A DNA stretch of 64,000 bases, from contig PSPG01000003.1 in the NCBI GenBank assembly GCA_003193925.1, positions 32,001-96,000 on the forward strand. Reading direction: 5' to 3'. Origin of the DNA: Candidatus Thalassarchaeum betae. Lineage in GTDB: Archaea > Thermoplasmatota > Poseidoniia > Poseidoniales > Thalassarchaeaceae. The translations under genes and the position numbers were made by a program. A model generated the notes under the pieces. It was not told where the DNA came from, did not search any database, and was given only the letters and a program-made list of their open reading frames with translations. This document shows, piece after piece, positions 26,959 through 36,819 of the stretch; positions within the stretch are counted from its first letter, which is position 1; each line of letters starts with the position of its first letter.

Positions 26959-29718
26959 ATGGTCGATGAAAAGGACAGAGTGGTCGGATACCGGCAGCAG
27001 GGTGGCAAGCTACTGTTCCCCAAGCCCGGTTCCGGAGGCAGTCGCGAGTACAGCGAACCGCGTGATGAGGACAGCATCGCCAAGAGCAGGGGAGCAGGGG
27101 GCCACAAGCACGATGAGTTGCTGACCGGTTCTGCAATCGGCAAGGCCACACCGCTGATCGACGGACGCTGGAAGGTCACAGGGCAGGCCCAGTACGGGGA
27201 CGACGTTCGCCTGCCAGGCGAGCTCGTCGGCAGGATAGTCCGCTCCAAGCATCACTACGCCAGAGTCCTGTCCATCGACGCGACAGCAGCGCTGGAGCTG
27301 CCTGGCGTTCTCGCAATCGCAACAGGAGCGGATGCCAGCGGCTCCTTCGGCGTACTGCCCGTCACCAAGGACGAGCACGCCATGGCGCGGGACAAGGTAC
27401 GCCACATCGGTGACCTGGTTGCCTGTGTAGCTGCTGTCGACGAGGCGACCGCGAGGGAGGCGGTCCGTCTGATTGAGGTCGAGTACGAGGAGTTGGACGC
27501 GGTCCACGACATGCGAAAGGGGCTGGACGACGCAGACGAGCCTATTCATGACAGAGGCAAGTACCACATCGGTTCGTCGAACATCCAGAAGAGGGTGTTT
27601 CAGGAGTTCGGCGACATCGCCGGTATGACGGAGAACGCCGTCGCCAGCCACAAGTCGGACTGGCTGTTCGCCGGCGCCAACCATGGATTCACCGAGCCGC
27701 ACGCGGTCGTCGCCCACTGGGAGCCGTCGGGCCGACTGACCATGTACACCCCCCAGCAGGTCCCGCACTACGTCCACCGGGCGCTGGCCGAGGTGCTTGA
27801 GATTCCCATGCACCAGATTAACGTCTACCGCACCTTCGTCGGCGGAGGGTTCGGCGGCAAGTCCGACCCGTTCCCGCACGAGATGTGCGCCGCAATCCTG
27901 GCGCGCAAGACCGGGCGGCCGGTGCGAATAAACTTCGACCGCGAGGAGGTCTTCTTGGTCAATCGCGGTCGGCACCCCTCTAGGATAGAGATGAACCTGC
28001 ACGCCGACTCCGAGGGCAGGCTGTGCGGCATCGAGACTGACGCCCTGATCGACGGTGGCGCCTTCGCATCGTTCGGCCACGTCACCACTTACTACAACGG
28101 CGTCCTGCACACCGCCCCCTACGAAATCGGCGCCTTCCACTACACCGGCGCGAGGGTATGGACGAACAAGCCAGCGAGCGGGGCCATGCGTGGCCACGGG
28201 GCGGTAAACTCGCGCTGCGCCGTGGAGGTGGGCCTGGACGATCTGGCCGGGCAGCTCGGAGTCGACCCGATCACATTCAGGCTCGCTAACCTACTGCCTC
28301 CGCACTCGGCCACGATCACCGGATTCAGGGTCACCAGCATCGGCATGCGAGAGTGCCTCGAGAGGGTCAGGGAGGCTTCGGGCTGGGACGAGAAGTTCCG
28401 CAAGTTGCCGGATGGCCACGGAATAGGCGTCGGCTGCGGCTTCTTCATCTCCGGTAGCGGTCTTCCGATCCACTGGGATCCCAACAAATTCCCCCACGCC
28501 ACCGTCCACCTCAAGGTCGACATGGACGGTGGCGTGACCGTCCACACCGGCGCGGCCGAGATAGGGCAGGGCTCCGACACCGTCATCGCCCAGTCGGTCG
28601 CAGAGGTCCTCGGCCTGCCGTTGGAGATGATCAGGATCAGGAGCATCGAGACTGACACCGCTCCGGTGGACCTAGGCTCTTACTCGTCGCGTGTCACTTT
28701 CATGAACGCGAACGCCGCCATCACTGCAGCAATGGACATTCGGCAGAAACTGCTGGACGCGGCTGCCGAGGTCACCGGCGCGCCGGTCGAGAAACTGGTC
28801 ATCGGTGACCGGCGCATATTCCGCAAGGACAACCCCGCTGTCGGGGTCTCCTACCTCGAGGCGCTGCACAAGGCGCTGGAGGACACCGGGGCTCTGGTTT
28901 CATCCGGGGCATACCGCACCCCGCCGATGGGGCGCGTTCACAAGGGGGCGGGTGCGGGAATCGCCCCGGCCTACTCATTCTCGGCCTACATCGCCGAGGT
29001 CAAGGTCGACATCGAGACCGGACAGACCGAGGTGCTCAAGGTATGGGCTGCCCATGACTGCGGCAAAGCCCTCAATCCACTGGCGGTGAAAGGGCAGATG
29101 ATCGGTTCGTGCCACATGGGGCTGGGGCAGGTGCTCAGCGAGGAGATGCGCTACAGCAGGAACGGGCATCTGCTGAACCCGGACCTGCTCGATTACAAGA
29201 TCCCAACAGTCCACGAGATGCCGGAGATCGTGCCCATCATCGTCGAGTCGAACGACTCTGAAGGCCCCTTTGGGGCCAAGGAGGCTGGAGAGGGGCCGTT
29301 GCTGCCAATCCTCCCTGCGGTCTGCAACGCGGTCTACGACGCAGTCGGCATCCGCACAAGTGAGTTGCCGATAACCCCCGACCGGATGCACAGGATGATC
29401 GAGGCGAGATGCAAAGACGAGGGTGCCTCCAGCCCCCTAGATCTGGCTTCACCCAGGCTGCAGCACTCGGACCTCGAAGGCGTGCTGGAGGCTCGTGCTG
29501 CCGAGCACGCCGAGCGAGACCGCTCCCGTAACACCGACCCCGACCCACCCGATTACAACAACGGGGCCCTGTTCGGGTTCGACCCGGAAATCCCACCCGA
29601 CGAGCAGGACGAGCGCTGGGTCGTCAGCGTGACGCCTGGCGACGAGTACGTCGACAGCCCACGTCTGGCCGGCAGCGCGTGGAAGCACACCGAGCGACGA
29701 CACGGGGGTGGTGCCTGA
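26959..29718 (+). CDS. Xanthine dehydrogenase family molybdopterin-binding subunit (4-hydroxybenzoyl-CoA reductase alpha-like)
   Basis: KVTGQAQY, QVPHYVH, GGGFGGK, GAMRGHG, EIGQGS, GSYSSRVTFM, GPFGAKEAGEG. Confidence 0.93.
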   Translation: MVDEKDRVVGYRQQGGKLLFPKPGSGGSREYSEPRDEDSIAKSRGAGGHKHDELLTGSAIGKATPLIDGRWKVTGQAQYGDDVRLPGELVGRIVRSKHHYARVLSIDATAALELPGVLAIATGADASGSFGVLPVTKDEHAMARDKVRHIGDLVACVAAVDEATAREAVRLIEVEYEELDAVHDMRKGLDDADEPIHDRGKYHIGSSNIQKRVFQEFGDIAGMTENAVASHKSDWLFAGANHGFTEPHAVVAHWEPSGRLTMYTPQQVPHYVHRALAEVLEIPMHQINVYRTFVGGGFGGKSDPFPHEMCAAILARKTGRPVRINFDREEVFLVNRGRHPSRIEMNLHADSEGRLCGIETDALIDGGAFASFGHVTTYYNGVLHTAPYEIGAFHYTGARVWTNKPASGAMRGHGAVNSRCAVEVGLDDLAGQLGVDPITFRLANLLPPHSATITGFRVTSIGMRECLERVREASGWDEKFRKLPDGHGIGVGCGFFISGSGLPIHWDPNKFPHATVHLKVDMDGGVTVHTGAAEIGQGSDTVIAQSVAEVLGLPLEMIRIRSIETDTAPVDLGSYSSRVTFMNANAAITAAMDIRQKLLDAAAEVTGAPVEKLVIGDRRIFRKDNPAVGVSYLEALHKALEDTGALVSSGAYRTPPMGRVHKGAGAGIAPAYSFSAYIAEVKVDIETGQTEVLKVWAAHDCGKALNPLAVKGQMIGSCHMGLGQVLSEEMRYSRNGHLLNPDLLDYKIPTVHEMPEIVPIIVESNDSEGPFGAKEAGEGPLLPILPAVCNAVYDAVGIRTSELPITPDRMHRMIEARCKDEGASSPLDLASPRLQHSDLEGVLEARAAEHAERDRSRNTDPDPPDYNNGALFGFDPEIPPDEQDERWVVSVTPGDEYVDSPRLAGSAWKHTERRHGGGA

Positions 29719-30701
29719 TGCGCATGCCGCCGTTCACGCTGCACACTCCCGACTCTCTCGACGAGGCGCTGTCCATCGCAGGCGGGCTCGCCGACTCCGC
29801 CGAGGAGTTCGACTGGGTCGCAGGCGGCACCGACCTGCTGCCCAACTACAAGTGGCACCTGAACGTCAAGCCGCACGTCATCTCCCTAGCCAGAGTCTCG
29901 GAGCTCTCGGAACTCTCGTACACTCACATCGGAGCCATGGTCCGACTGCAGGACCTCGCCGAGTCCGACGCCGTCCACCCGCTGATCGCCAGGGTGTCGA
30001 GCATGATTGCGAGCGTGATGATACGGCGCTCCGGAACCGTCGGAGGCAACATCTGCCTGGATACGCGGTGCTTCTGGTTCAACCAGTCGGAGGAATGGCG
30101 CGAGTCCATCGAGTGGTGCTACAAGTGCGACTGCGGGAGCGGTGCCGACTGCAGGGTCATACCGAACCAGAACACGCTCTGCGTCGCCACCTACCAAGCA
30201 GACCTCGCACCGGTGCTGATGTGCCTGGGCGCGACCATCCACCTAGCCACCCCCTCGGGCAAGCGGTCGGTGCCGCTGACCGAGTTCTTTGAACTCGACG
30301 GGATCACGCGCAACGTCCTAGAGCCCGGCGAGCTGGTGACCCACCTCACCCTGCCCGAGGACATCTCGGAATGGCAGGGGGACTACCAGAGACTTCGACA
30401 GAGGCAGTCGTGGGACTTCCCGGAGGCTGGCGTCGCGGTGCTTTGGAAATCTGGCTCCAACGGAGCCCCCTCTGACCTCCGGGTCGCTACCACCGGCCTC
30501 GAGGCGATTCCGGGTTACCACTCGGAGGAGGCCGCCGCCGCCCTCGAGGGCTGGAGCGGCGTGGACAGCATCGACGAGCTGGCCGAGGCGGTCAGGAAAG
30601 CGGTCAGGCCGGTGCTAAACACCTGGTACCCTCCGTCGTACAGACGCAAGATGGTCAGAATTTTAACGAAGCGAGCGAGCAGCGGTCTCTTGGAAGTCTA
30701 G
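29718..30701 (+). CDS. Xanthine dehydrogenase family FAD subunit with [4Fe-4S] insert (HcrB-like)
   Basis: AGGTDLL, GTVGGNICLDTRCFWFNQSEEWR...C...C. Coupled to the upstream gene by TGATG. Confidence 0.92.
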   Translation: MRMPPFTLHTPDSLDEALSIAGGLADSAEEFDWVAGGTDLLPNYKWHLNVKPHVISLARVSELSELSYTHIGAMVRLQDLAESDAVHPLIARVSSMIASVMIRRSGTVGGNICLDTRCFWFNQSEEWRESIEWCYKCDCGSGADCRVIPNQNTLCVATYQADLAPVLMCLGATIHLATPSGKRSVPLTEFFELDGITRNVLEPGELVTHLTLPEDISEWQGDYQRLRQRQSWDFPEAGVAVLWKSGSNGAPSDLRVATTGLEAIPGYHSEEAAAALEGWSGVDSIDELAEAVRKAVRPVLNTWYPPSYRRKMVRILTKRASSGLLEV

Positions 30702-30702
30702 C

Positions 30703-31632
30703 ATGAAATCGAGACTGTGCATCGGCCTCGCCCTCCTGCTCCTGGCCTCCGCGACGCCAGTGCAGGGCCAGTTGGGAGCCTGGGACCTCGGGATCGAGTA
30801 CCCCGGCGACAACGAGGACATGCCCTTCAACGTCGACAAGGACGGAAGGTCCACGATCCAGTTCTTCGTGAACAACGATGAGTTTCAGGACATCGAGGTC
30901 GAGTTCGAATACGACATTCCGTTCGCCGGCGAGGCGGATGGCCCCGAGTCAGAGACCATCAGCGGTGGCTCGAACGAGACCTTCACCCTCTCGGTCTCGG
31001 GAATAGACGTCTGGAACTACGCGGCAGACTCCAAGGGGGAGTTCACGATCACCGCTAACCTGGTCTCCAGAGCCGGTCTGCCCATCGGCCTGCCTGGAGA
31101 GAGCGAGGAAGCCAGCGGTTGGCTGAAGATCCCGAGAATCTACTCGATGGAGCTCGATGTCGCCGACCCTGTCGGCCCTATGAACGCGGGCTCGGACGTC
31201 ATCCTCCGAGTTACTGTGACCAACACGGGCAACGTGCAGGACAAGGTCGGTGAGGTGGAGGTCGCAGACAACTGTCCCCTGCTGACCACCGACAACGGGC
31301 TCGACGTCCTGATGACCAGGGACATCAACGCGGGTCAGACGACCGAGGCTGATCTCAGAGCCACCGCATCAGAGAGCCATCCCCGGAGGAACTGCAAGAT
31401 CGAGGTCACCGTCTCATCCAACGGAGCGATGAACTCGGGCGGCTCGGTGCTCGCCGGCGCGGAGACCACGGTCACCGTCGAGCCACCTCTCGAAGAACCC
31501 GATGATAGCGGAGATTCCGATGATCCGGACGACCCTGTCGAGGTGATCAGCTCGAGTCTTCCGGCACCGGGTGTAGCATCGGTATTCTGTGCTCTGGCAA
31601 TGGCATTAATCGCAAGCAATCGGAGGCGTTGA
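30703..31632 (+). CDS. Exported Ig-like surface protein with C-terminal sorting signal (possibly choice-of-anchor T family)
   Basis: Signal peptide, VTVTNTGNVQD, acidic linker, then LPAPG + TM + NRRR. The family name is from memory and unverified. Confidence 0.7.
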   Translation: MKSRLCIGLALLLLASATPVQGQLGAWDLGIEYPGDNEDMPFNVDKDGRSTIQFFVNNDEFQDIEVEFEYDIPFAGEADGPESETISGGSNETFTLSVSGIDVWNYAADSKGEFTITANLVSRAGLPIGLPGESEEASGWLKIPRIYSMELDVADPVGPMNAGSDVILRVTVTNTGNVQDKVGEVEVADNCPLLTTDNGLDVLMTRDINAGQTTEADLRATASESHPRRNCKIEVTVSSNGAMNSGGSVLAGAETTVTVEPPLEEPDDSGDSDDPDDPVEVISSSLPAPGVASVFCALAMALIASNRRR

Positions 31633-31812
31633 AAATCAACGTCTGCGACGCTGATAAGGCGGTGCTGAGAAGGTGCATAAAGAACACCGAACATGCTGAA
31701 ATCGGCTCGTGCGCGCGAACTACGCTCAGCAACATATAACTGTCAAATGACGGTCGCGCGAGCACCGTAGGTGCTACCATGGTATTCAATTAGGTAAAAG
31801 GTAGGAATTATA

Positions 31813-33417
31813 ATGGCTGACGAGGGTAAGGAAGAAGTCCAGTTCACCACCTACGTGGTGGGCTCCATCGCAATTACAATCGTACTCCTCCTGCTGCTCC
31901 CGATGCTGTTCGTGATGGGCAAGTCCACCGCCTATTCGGCATACGAGGACCAAGAACTCTTCCAGCTCTCTGATATGCGCGACTCGCTCGCAGATCCTGA
32001 AGGCGATGGGGACGACTCTGACGACGGTTACTTCATTGCCAACACGATGTCGACCCCCATGTTGGTCAACGACTGGAAGGACCCTCATCGCACCATGCTC
32101 CTGATCATCGCTCCGGAGAAGCCGATCGACGAAACCGAGGCAAATGCAATCTACGACTTCGTCACCGAGAAGGGCGGCAAGGTGATAGTCGCAGCCGACG
32201 GGACAAACGCGAACCGGCTGGCCACCAAGTTCGGGGTCACATACTTCGGATACCCATTGAACGACGAGAACCAGCACTGGCTGGAATACGATGACGATGG
32301 CCCGCTCTACCCCTCGTGGCTGAATGTCTGGAGCGTCGCCGCAGTGCATGAAGACGTCAATGAGATGGGAGCCGGGGCTGCTAGGAAGGGCTGCTCCGAG
32401 TTCCAGATCGTGAACCAGAATCCTAGCTCGTGCAGAATCCCAGTCATGTTCCGCTCGCCCACGGGCATGAAGTTCGAGCCCTCATTGAGGGACACCACCC
32501 ATCCCGATGAAAGGGATGTCAAGATACTCGCCAGGGCTTCGTCGTCCGCGTTCATCGACCTCATGGGGGACGGTGACGCCAGCAACCCGCTGAACCCCGC
32601 CCCGGGCGACCTGTCCCTGATGATCCGCTTCGACTACCCCCACATCAGCGCTTACGACCGGGTTCGCTCCGGACAGGGCGGCTTGGTCGGAGGCGACATC
32701 GGTGAGATGAGCGTAACCGGCAGCATCGTCTTCGTCTCCGACGAGGAGGCCTTCTCCAACCGATTGTGGACCCTGCCCCAAGCAGTCGCAACCGGCTTGA
32801 GCTCCTCCTGCGAGGGCGTGGTGGGAAGCTGCTGGATGCAGGAGATAAGCGACAACAACGAGTGGCAGGGCAACGAGGTCTACTACAAGCTTCTGATCCA
32901 CTCGATGATGGAGTTCGACAATCTCGAACTGTCCGGCGAGATCAGGAACGATGTGTCGCAGTTCCAAGTCGTCTTCGACGAGAGCCGCCACATCACCGGA
33001 GTGATCTCCGCGCCGTTCGTCGAGACCATGGGCACCGTAGTCCTGCTGACTTCGAACACGTTCCTCAAGTGGCTGGTCGTGCTGAACGTCGGCCTCCTCC
33101 TCCTGGTAGCCATGATGGTGGTTCCCGAGAAGGAGAACTGGCGTCACGTGTTCGATTTGACCAGATTCAACCAGCGTCCGAACAAGCTCGACCCGAGTAC
33201 CTACCGCCTGCGCGTCCAGCAGTCCCTGTTCACCAAGATCAGGGTGTACCATGAACTGACCCGTGACCAGATGGCGGCGATGCCGCCAGCAGAAATCCAA
33301 TCGATGATTGGTGACCCCCGGCTCGTAGAGCTGGCATACAGCCAGAGCCGATCCTACTCCCCCAAAGAGCTGCGCCAACTAATGCAGGCAATCAGGCGAT
33401 GGGGGAGAAGTAGTTGA
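31813..33417 (+). CDS. DUF4350-like membrane-anchored protein
   Basis: N-terminal TM, LLIIAPEKP...FVTEKGGKVIVAAD, GSIVFVSDEEAFSN, VVFDESRH, a second TM. It sits upstream of moxR. Confidence 0.7.
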   Translation: MADEGKEEVQFTTYVVGSIAITIVLLLLLPMLFVMGKSTAYSAYEDQELFQLSDMRDSLADPEGDGDDSDDGYFIANTMSTPMLVNDWKDPHRTMLLIIAPEKPIDETEANAIYDFVTEKGGKVIVAADGTNANRLATKFGVTYFGYPLNDENQHWLEYDDDGPLYPSWLNVWSVAAVHEDVNEMGAGAARKGCSEFQIVNQNPSSCRIPVMFRSPTGMKFEPSLRDTTHPDERDVKILARASSSAFIDLMGDGDASNPLNPAPGDLSLMIRFDYPHISAYDRVRSGQGGLVGGDIGEMSVTGSIVFVSDEEAFSNRLWTLPQAVATGLSSSCEGVVGSCWMQEISDNNEWQGNEVYYKLLIHSMMEFDNLELSGEIRNDVSQFQVVFDESRHITGVISAPFVETMGTVVLLTSNTFLKWLVVLNVGLLLLVAMMVVPEKENWRHVFDLTRFNQRPNKLDPSTYRLRVQQSLFTKIRVYHELTRDQMAAMPPAEIQSMIGDPRLVELAYSQSRSYSPKELRQLMQAIRRWGRSS

Positions 33418-33437
33418 AAAACAATGGAGAGATGTAA

Positions 33438-34493
33438 ATGAATGCAACACCACCAGCAAAGAAAACGGAAAAACGCCCGCCAGATGATGTCGAGAAGGGT
33501 TACGCGAAGAAGGCCGAGGCCGCGCGTGGAAAGAAGAAGATGAGCGAGAGGCTGACCGCTGTCGGCGCAATCTCTGGTGCCATCGCCACCGAAGTGCAGA
33601 AGGTCATCATCGGAAAGGCACACGTGATCGACAACGTCCTAGTGGACATCCTAGCGAACGGGAACCTGCTGTTCGAGGACTACCCCGGACTGGCCAAGAC
33701 CCTGATGACGAACACGTTCGCCGATGCGCTCGGTTGCGACTTCAAGCGTGTATCATTCACGCCTGACCTGCTGCCAGCAGACATCACCGGCACGAACATC
33801 TACGACGCCAAGAAGGGAGAGTTCACCTTCAAGCCGGGGCCTATCTTCTGCAACCTGCTGCTATCTGACGAGATCAACAGAGCGCCACCGAAGACCCAAG
33901 CAGCTCTGCTTGAGGCGATGCAGGAGCATCAAGTAACCATCGGTATCGTGACTCACAAGCTACCGGCGCCCTTCCTGACGATGGCAACGCAGAACCCGGT
34001 CGAGCAGGAGGGCACCTACCCGCTGCCTGAGGCTCAGCTCGACCGATTCATGTTCAAGATGAGCGTCGGATACCCCGACCGCGCTGACGAGGTCGAGATT
34101 CTCAACCGGCGCATCGCCCGAAAGAAGGACGCGGTCGATGTCGAGGTAATCACCGACCCGGCCCGAGTCGTCGCTATGCAGCAGGCTATCGAGGACGTCT
34201 ACGTCGACCCCGCTGTCAGACTGTACATGGTCGAGATAGTCTCCAGGACCCGTGAGGACCCACGAGTGCTCGTCGGTTCCTCGCCGAGAGGTTCGCAGGC
34301 TCTCCTCAAGACCGGTCGTGCCGCTGCAGCGATGCGCGGTCGCGACTTCGTGACACCTGACGATGTCAAGTCGATTGCAGAGCTAGCATTGGCACACCGC
34401 CTGATCCTGAAGCCAGAGCACCAGATTAAGGGACTCGAGCCCGGGGAAGTCATCCAAGACGTCCTCCGCCAAGTCCCCGTGCCGACCGTCTGA
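33438..34493 (+). CDS. moxR: MoxR-family AAA+ ATPase
   Basis: EDYPGLAKT, FTPDLLPADITG, DEINRAPPKTQAALLEAM, ATQNPVEQEGTYPLPEAQLDRF. Confidence 0.96.
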   Translation: MNATPPAKKTEKRPPDDVEKGYAKKAEAARGKKKMSERLTAVGAISGAIATEVQKVIIGKAHVIDNVLVDILANGNLLFEDYPGLAKTLMTNTFADALGCDFKRVSFTPDLLPADITGTNIYDAKKGEFTFKPGPIFCNLLLSDEINRAPPKTQAALLEAMQEHQVTIGIVTHKLPAPFLTMATQNPVEQEGTYPLPEAQLDRFMFKMSVGYPDRADEVEILNRRIARKKDAVDVEVITDPARVVAMQQAIEDVYVDPAVRLYMVEIVSRTREDPRVLVGSSPRGSQALLKTGRAAAAMRGRDFVTPDDVKSIAELALAHRLILKPEHQIKGLEPGEVIQDVLRQVPVPTV

Positions 34494-34532
34494 GGGCGAT
34501 GCATAGGGGTTCGAGCCAGGAGGTGAAGGGGC

Positions 34533-35852
34533 GTGGCATGGAGTCGGAAGTCGGCGATGTTCGCAGCGCTGGCTGTCGCTCTCTACCTGCTCGGCCTCGT
34601 CCTGCGCAACCCCCAGTTGGTGACAGTAGCCGTGGTGCTGCTGTCCTTCCTCACCTGGGCGGCGTTCCGAACCTCGCACGCGGATGTCGCGGCATCCGGA
34701 AGGAGGATGGAGGACGGCGAATCGGACGAGGGAGTCCAATTGCACTCGGTTTCGGCCCTTCGTCGGATCTCCTCTGCCAGGATATTCGAGGATGGCGAGA
34801 TTGACATCACGCTGCGAATCCAGAACCGCTCAAATCTCTCCAAGGTTCTGGAGGTTCGTGATAGAGTACCGGAGGTAATGCGCATCAAGAAGGGTGCGAA
34901 CTACGTACTGATGGAACTCGGCCCCCAGCGAGAGACGGAAATCTCGTACACCATCGAGACACCCCTGAGGGGTTTCTACACCATCGGCCCGGTGTGCATT
35001 AGAATCCAGGACGCCTTCGGGCTGTTCCACAACGAACGTGAGATACACCTCTACGACGACTTCCTCGTCTTCCCCAAGATGGAGGACATCAAGGACGCCA
35101 TGATCAAGAGCAGGGTGCCGAAGATCTTCACCGGAGCCGTAAACATCCGGAATCCCGGAGAGGGCTCTAACTTCTACAATCTGCGAGACTACATCCCGGG
35201 TGACCCGATGAAGAAGGTCAACTGGCACGCCACCGCCCGCAGCGGTGGCAAGATGATGGTGAACGAGTACGAGCGCGACGCCGTCAGCGACATCATCCTG
35301 ATAGTCGACAGCAGGTCGGTCGCCGAGACCGGCCCTGTGAGCCGGAACTCCCTGGTGTTCAGCACCAGAGCCGCAGCGAGCCTGTCGCAGTACTTCCTGG
35401 CTCGCCGGGACTCTGTCGGCCTGGTCACTTACGGTGACGAGATTGTCTCCGTTGATCGCGACACCGGGAAAAAGCAGCTTTACGTCCTCCTGACCAAGCT
35501 TGCCGGTGCGATGGCCAAGGGTAACACGCCGCTGAGGGTGGTGACCAACCGGATCATGCCTCACATCAACCGAGGCAGCCCGATCATCATCATGAGTCCG
35601 CTGGAGGACGACCCCACGGTGATAGACGCCGTGCGCGACCTGAGGGCGAGGAACTTCGACGTGACCATCCTCTCATCGAGCAGCCTCGAGTTCGAATTCG
35701 ACGCGAGGCGCCTTGACCGAACCGGTTACGAGGTCCTCAAGACCGAGCGGGACATTCTGCTCAGTGAGTTGCGTGGCCTAGGTGCGAACGTGATGGACTG
35801 GGAGCCTGACATGCTGCTCAACACCGCCTTGGCAGGGGCGAGGGGATTCTAG
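34533..35852 (+). CDS. DUF58 domain protein (vWA-like MoxR partner)
   Basis: LRDYIPGDPMKKVNWHATAR, IVDSRS, DSVGLV, and two N-terminal TMs. Confidence 0.93.
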   Translation: MAWSRKSAMFAALAVALYLLGLVLRNPQLVTVAVVLLSFLTWAAFRTSHADVAASGRRMEDGESDEGVQLHSVSALRRISSARIFEDGEIDITLRIQNRSNLSKVLEVRDRVPEVMRIKKGANYVLMELGPQRETEISYTIETPLRGFYTIGPVCIRIQDAFGLFHNEREIHLYDDFLVFPKMEDIKDAMIKSRVPKIFTGAVNIRNPGEGSNFYNLRDYIPGDPMKKVNWHATARSGGKMMVNEYERDAVSDIILIVDSRSVAETGPVSRNSLVFSTRAAASLSQYFLARRDSVGLVTYGDEIVSVDRDTGKKQLYVLLTKLAGAMAKGNTPLRVVTNRIMPHINRGSPIIIMSPLEDDPTVIDAVRDLRARNFDVTILSSSSLEFEFDARRLDRTGYEVLKTERDILLSELRGLGANVMDWEPDMLLNTALAGARGF

Positions 35853-35862
35853 AGGTGACAGG

Positions 35863-36819
35863 ATGGCAGATGACGATGTGCCTGATGAGGGAGACTATGT
35901 CACCGTTGAGGGGGCTAGCGACACCGCGCACCTATACGAGGGCAAGAGGGTCAGTTCGGCCCCCCCGAGCCGCAGGAAGGCAGCAGGGCGCCTGAGGGGG
36001 AGCACTGAGATCCCGAAGGACGCGATTCCGGAGGTGCACGTCCCGACCATCATCGAGTCGTTCTTCGGAGGGCCCATTGTCAGCTCGATGAAGTTCCTGC
36101 CGCCGGACCGGATGGTGTCCTCGCTGCAGATTGGTTCAGCCGGGGTGCTGTTTTTGCTCTGCTTCCTGACCTTCACGGTGACTCCCGTATCAGGGACCGT
36201 CTGGTTCACACTCACCAACATGCTGGGCTACCCGGCTTTCGGCGGCATTCTCCATATGGTAATCATACTGGCAGGCCTAATCGGCGGCGTCTACGGTATC
36301 TTCCAGAGGGACCAGAGGGCATTGCTGGCCTCCTACGTCCTGCTCATAGTGGTGACTCTGCGATTCGCCGGCAGCAAAGTCGAGTTCGGACTCAATCTCC
36401 TCCCCGAAGAGGAGTTCTGGCAGAAAATCCTGCTGATCTTCTACGCGGTATTCCTCGTGATGTACATAGAACTGACGAGCGGCATCATCCGATTCTCGAT
36501 GCTGGACACTTCAATCCGAACCGGTGAGGTGTATGTGATGCAGATCACCAAGATCACGTCGCGCTACCACAAGGCGCTGGTCATCACACCCCTCGTCGCT
36601 GGCACGGTGGCTCTCCTGACGCTGATGATCAACCTGATCATTCCTGCATTCGTCGGACTCTTCGATGAGGTGGCCGCGCATCGCCTCCGAGAGAGCGTTG
36701 AACTGACCAGCGTCTACGGAGTCGCTCTCGGTACCATCATGGTGTTCACGGTGATAGCGGCGATGTTCGCGGTCAACCTGCCTCTGCGCATCGAGCAGAT
36801 GCGCGAGAGGCGCAGCTAA
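35863..36819 (+). CDS. Hypothetical polytopic membrane protein
   Basis: About 6 TM segments, RBS GAGGTGA, last gene of the moxR operon. Confidence 0.8.
   Translation: MADDDVPDEGDYVTVEGASDTAHLYEGKRVSSAPPSRRKAAGRLRGSTEIPKDAIPEVHVPTIIESFFGGPIVSSMKFLPPDRMVSSLQIGSAGVLFLLCFLTFTVTPVSGTVWFTLTNMLGYPAFGGILHMVIILAGLIGGVYGIFQRDQRALLASYVLLIVVTLRFAGSKVEFGLNLLPEEEFWQKILLIFYAVFLVMYIELTSGIIRFSMLDTSIRTGEVYVMQITKITSRYHKALVITPLVAGTVALLTLMINLIIPAFVGLFDEVAAHRLRESVELTSVYGVALGTIMVFTVIAAMFAVNLPLRIEQMRERRS

Noticed and set aside
26959-29718. Aerobic CO dehydrogenase (coxL)
   Set aside because: The active-site loop is AMRGHG, not AYxCSFR or AYRGAGR.
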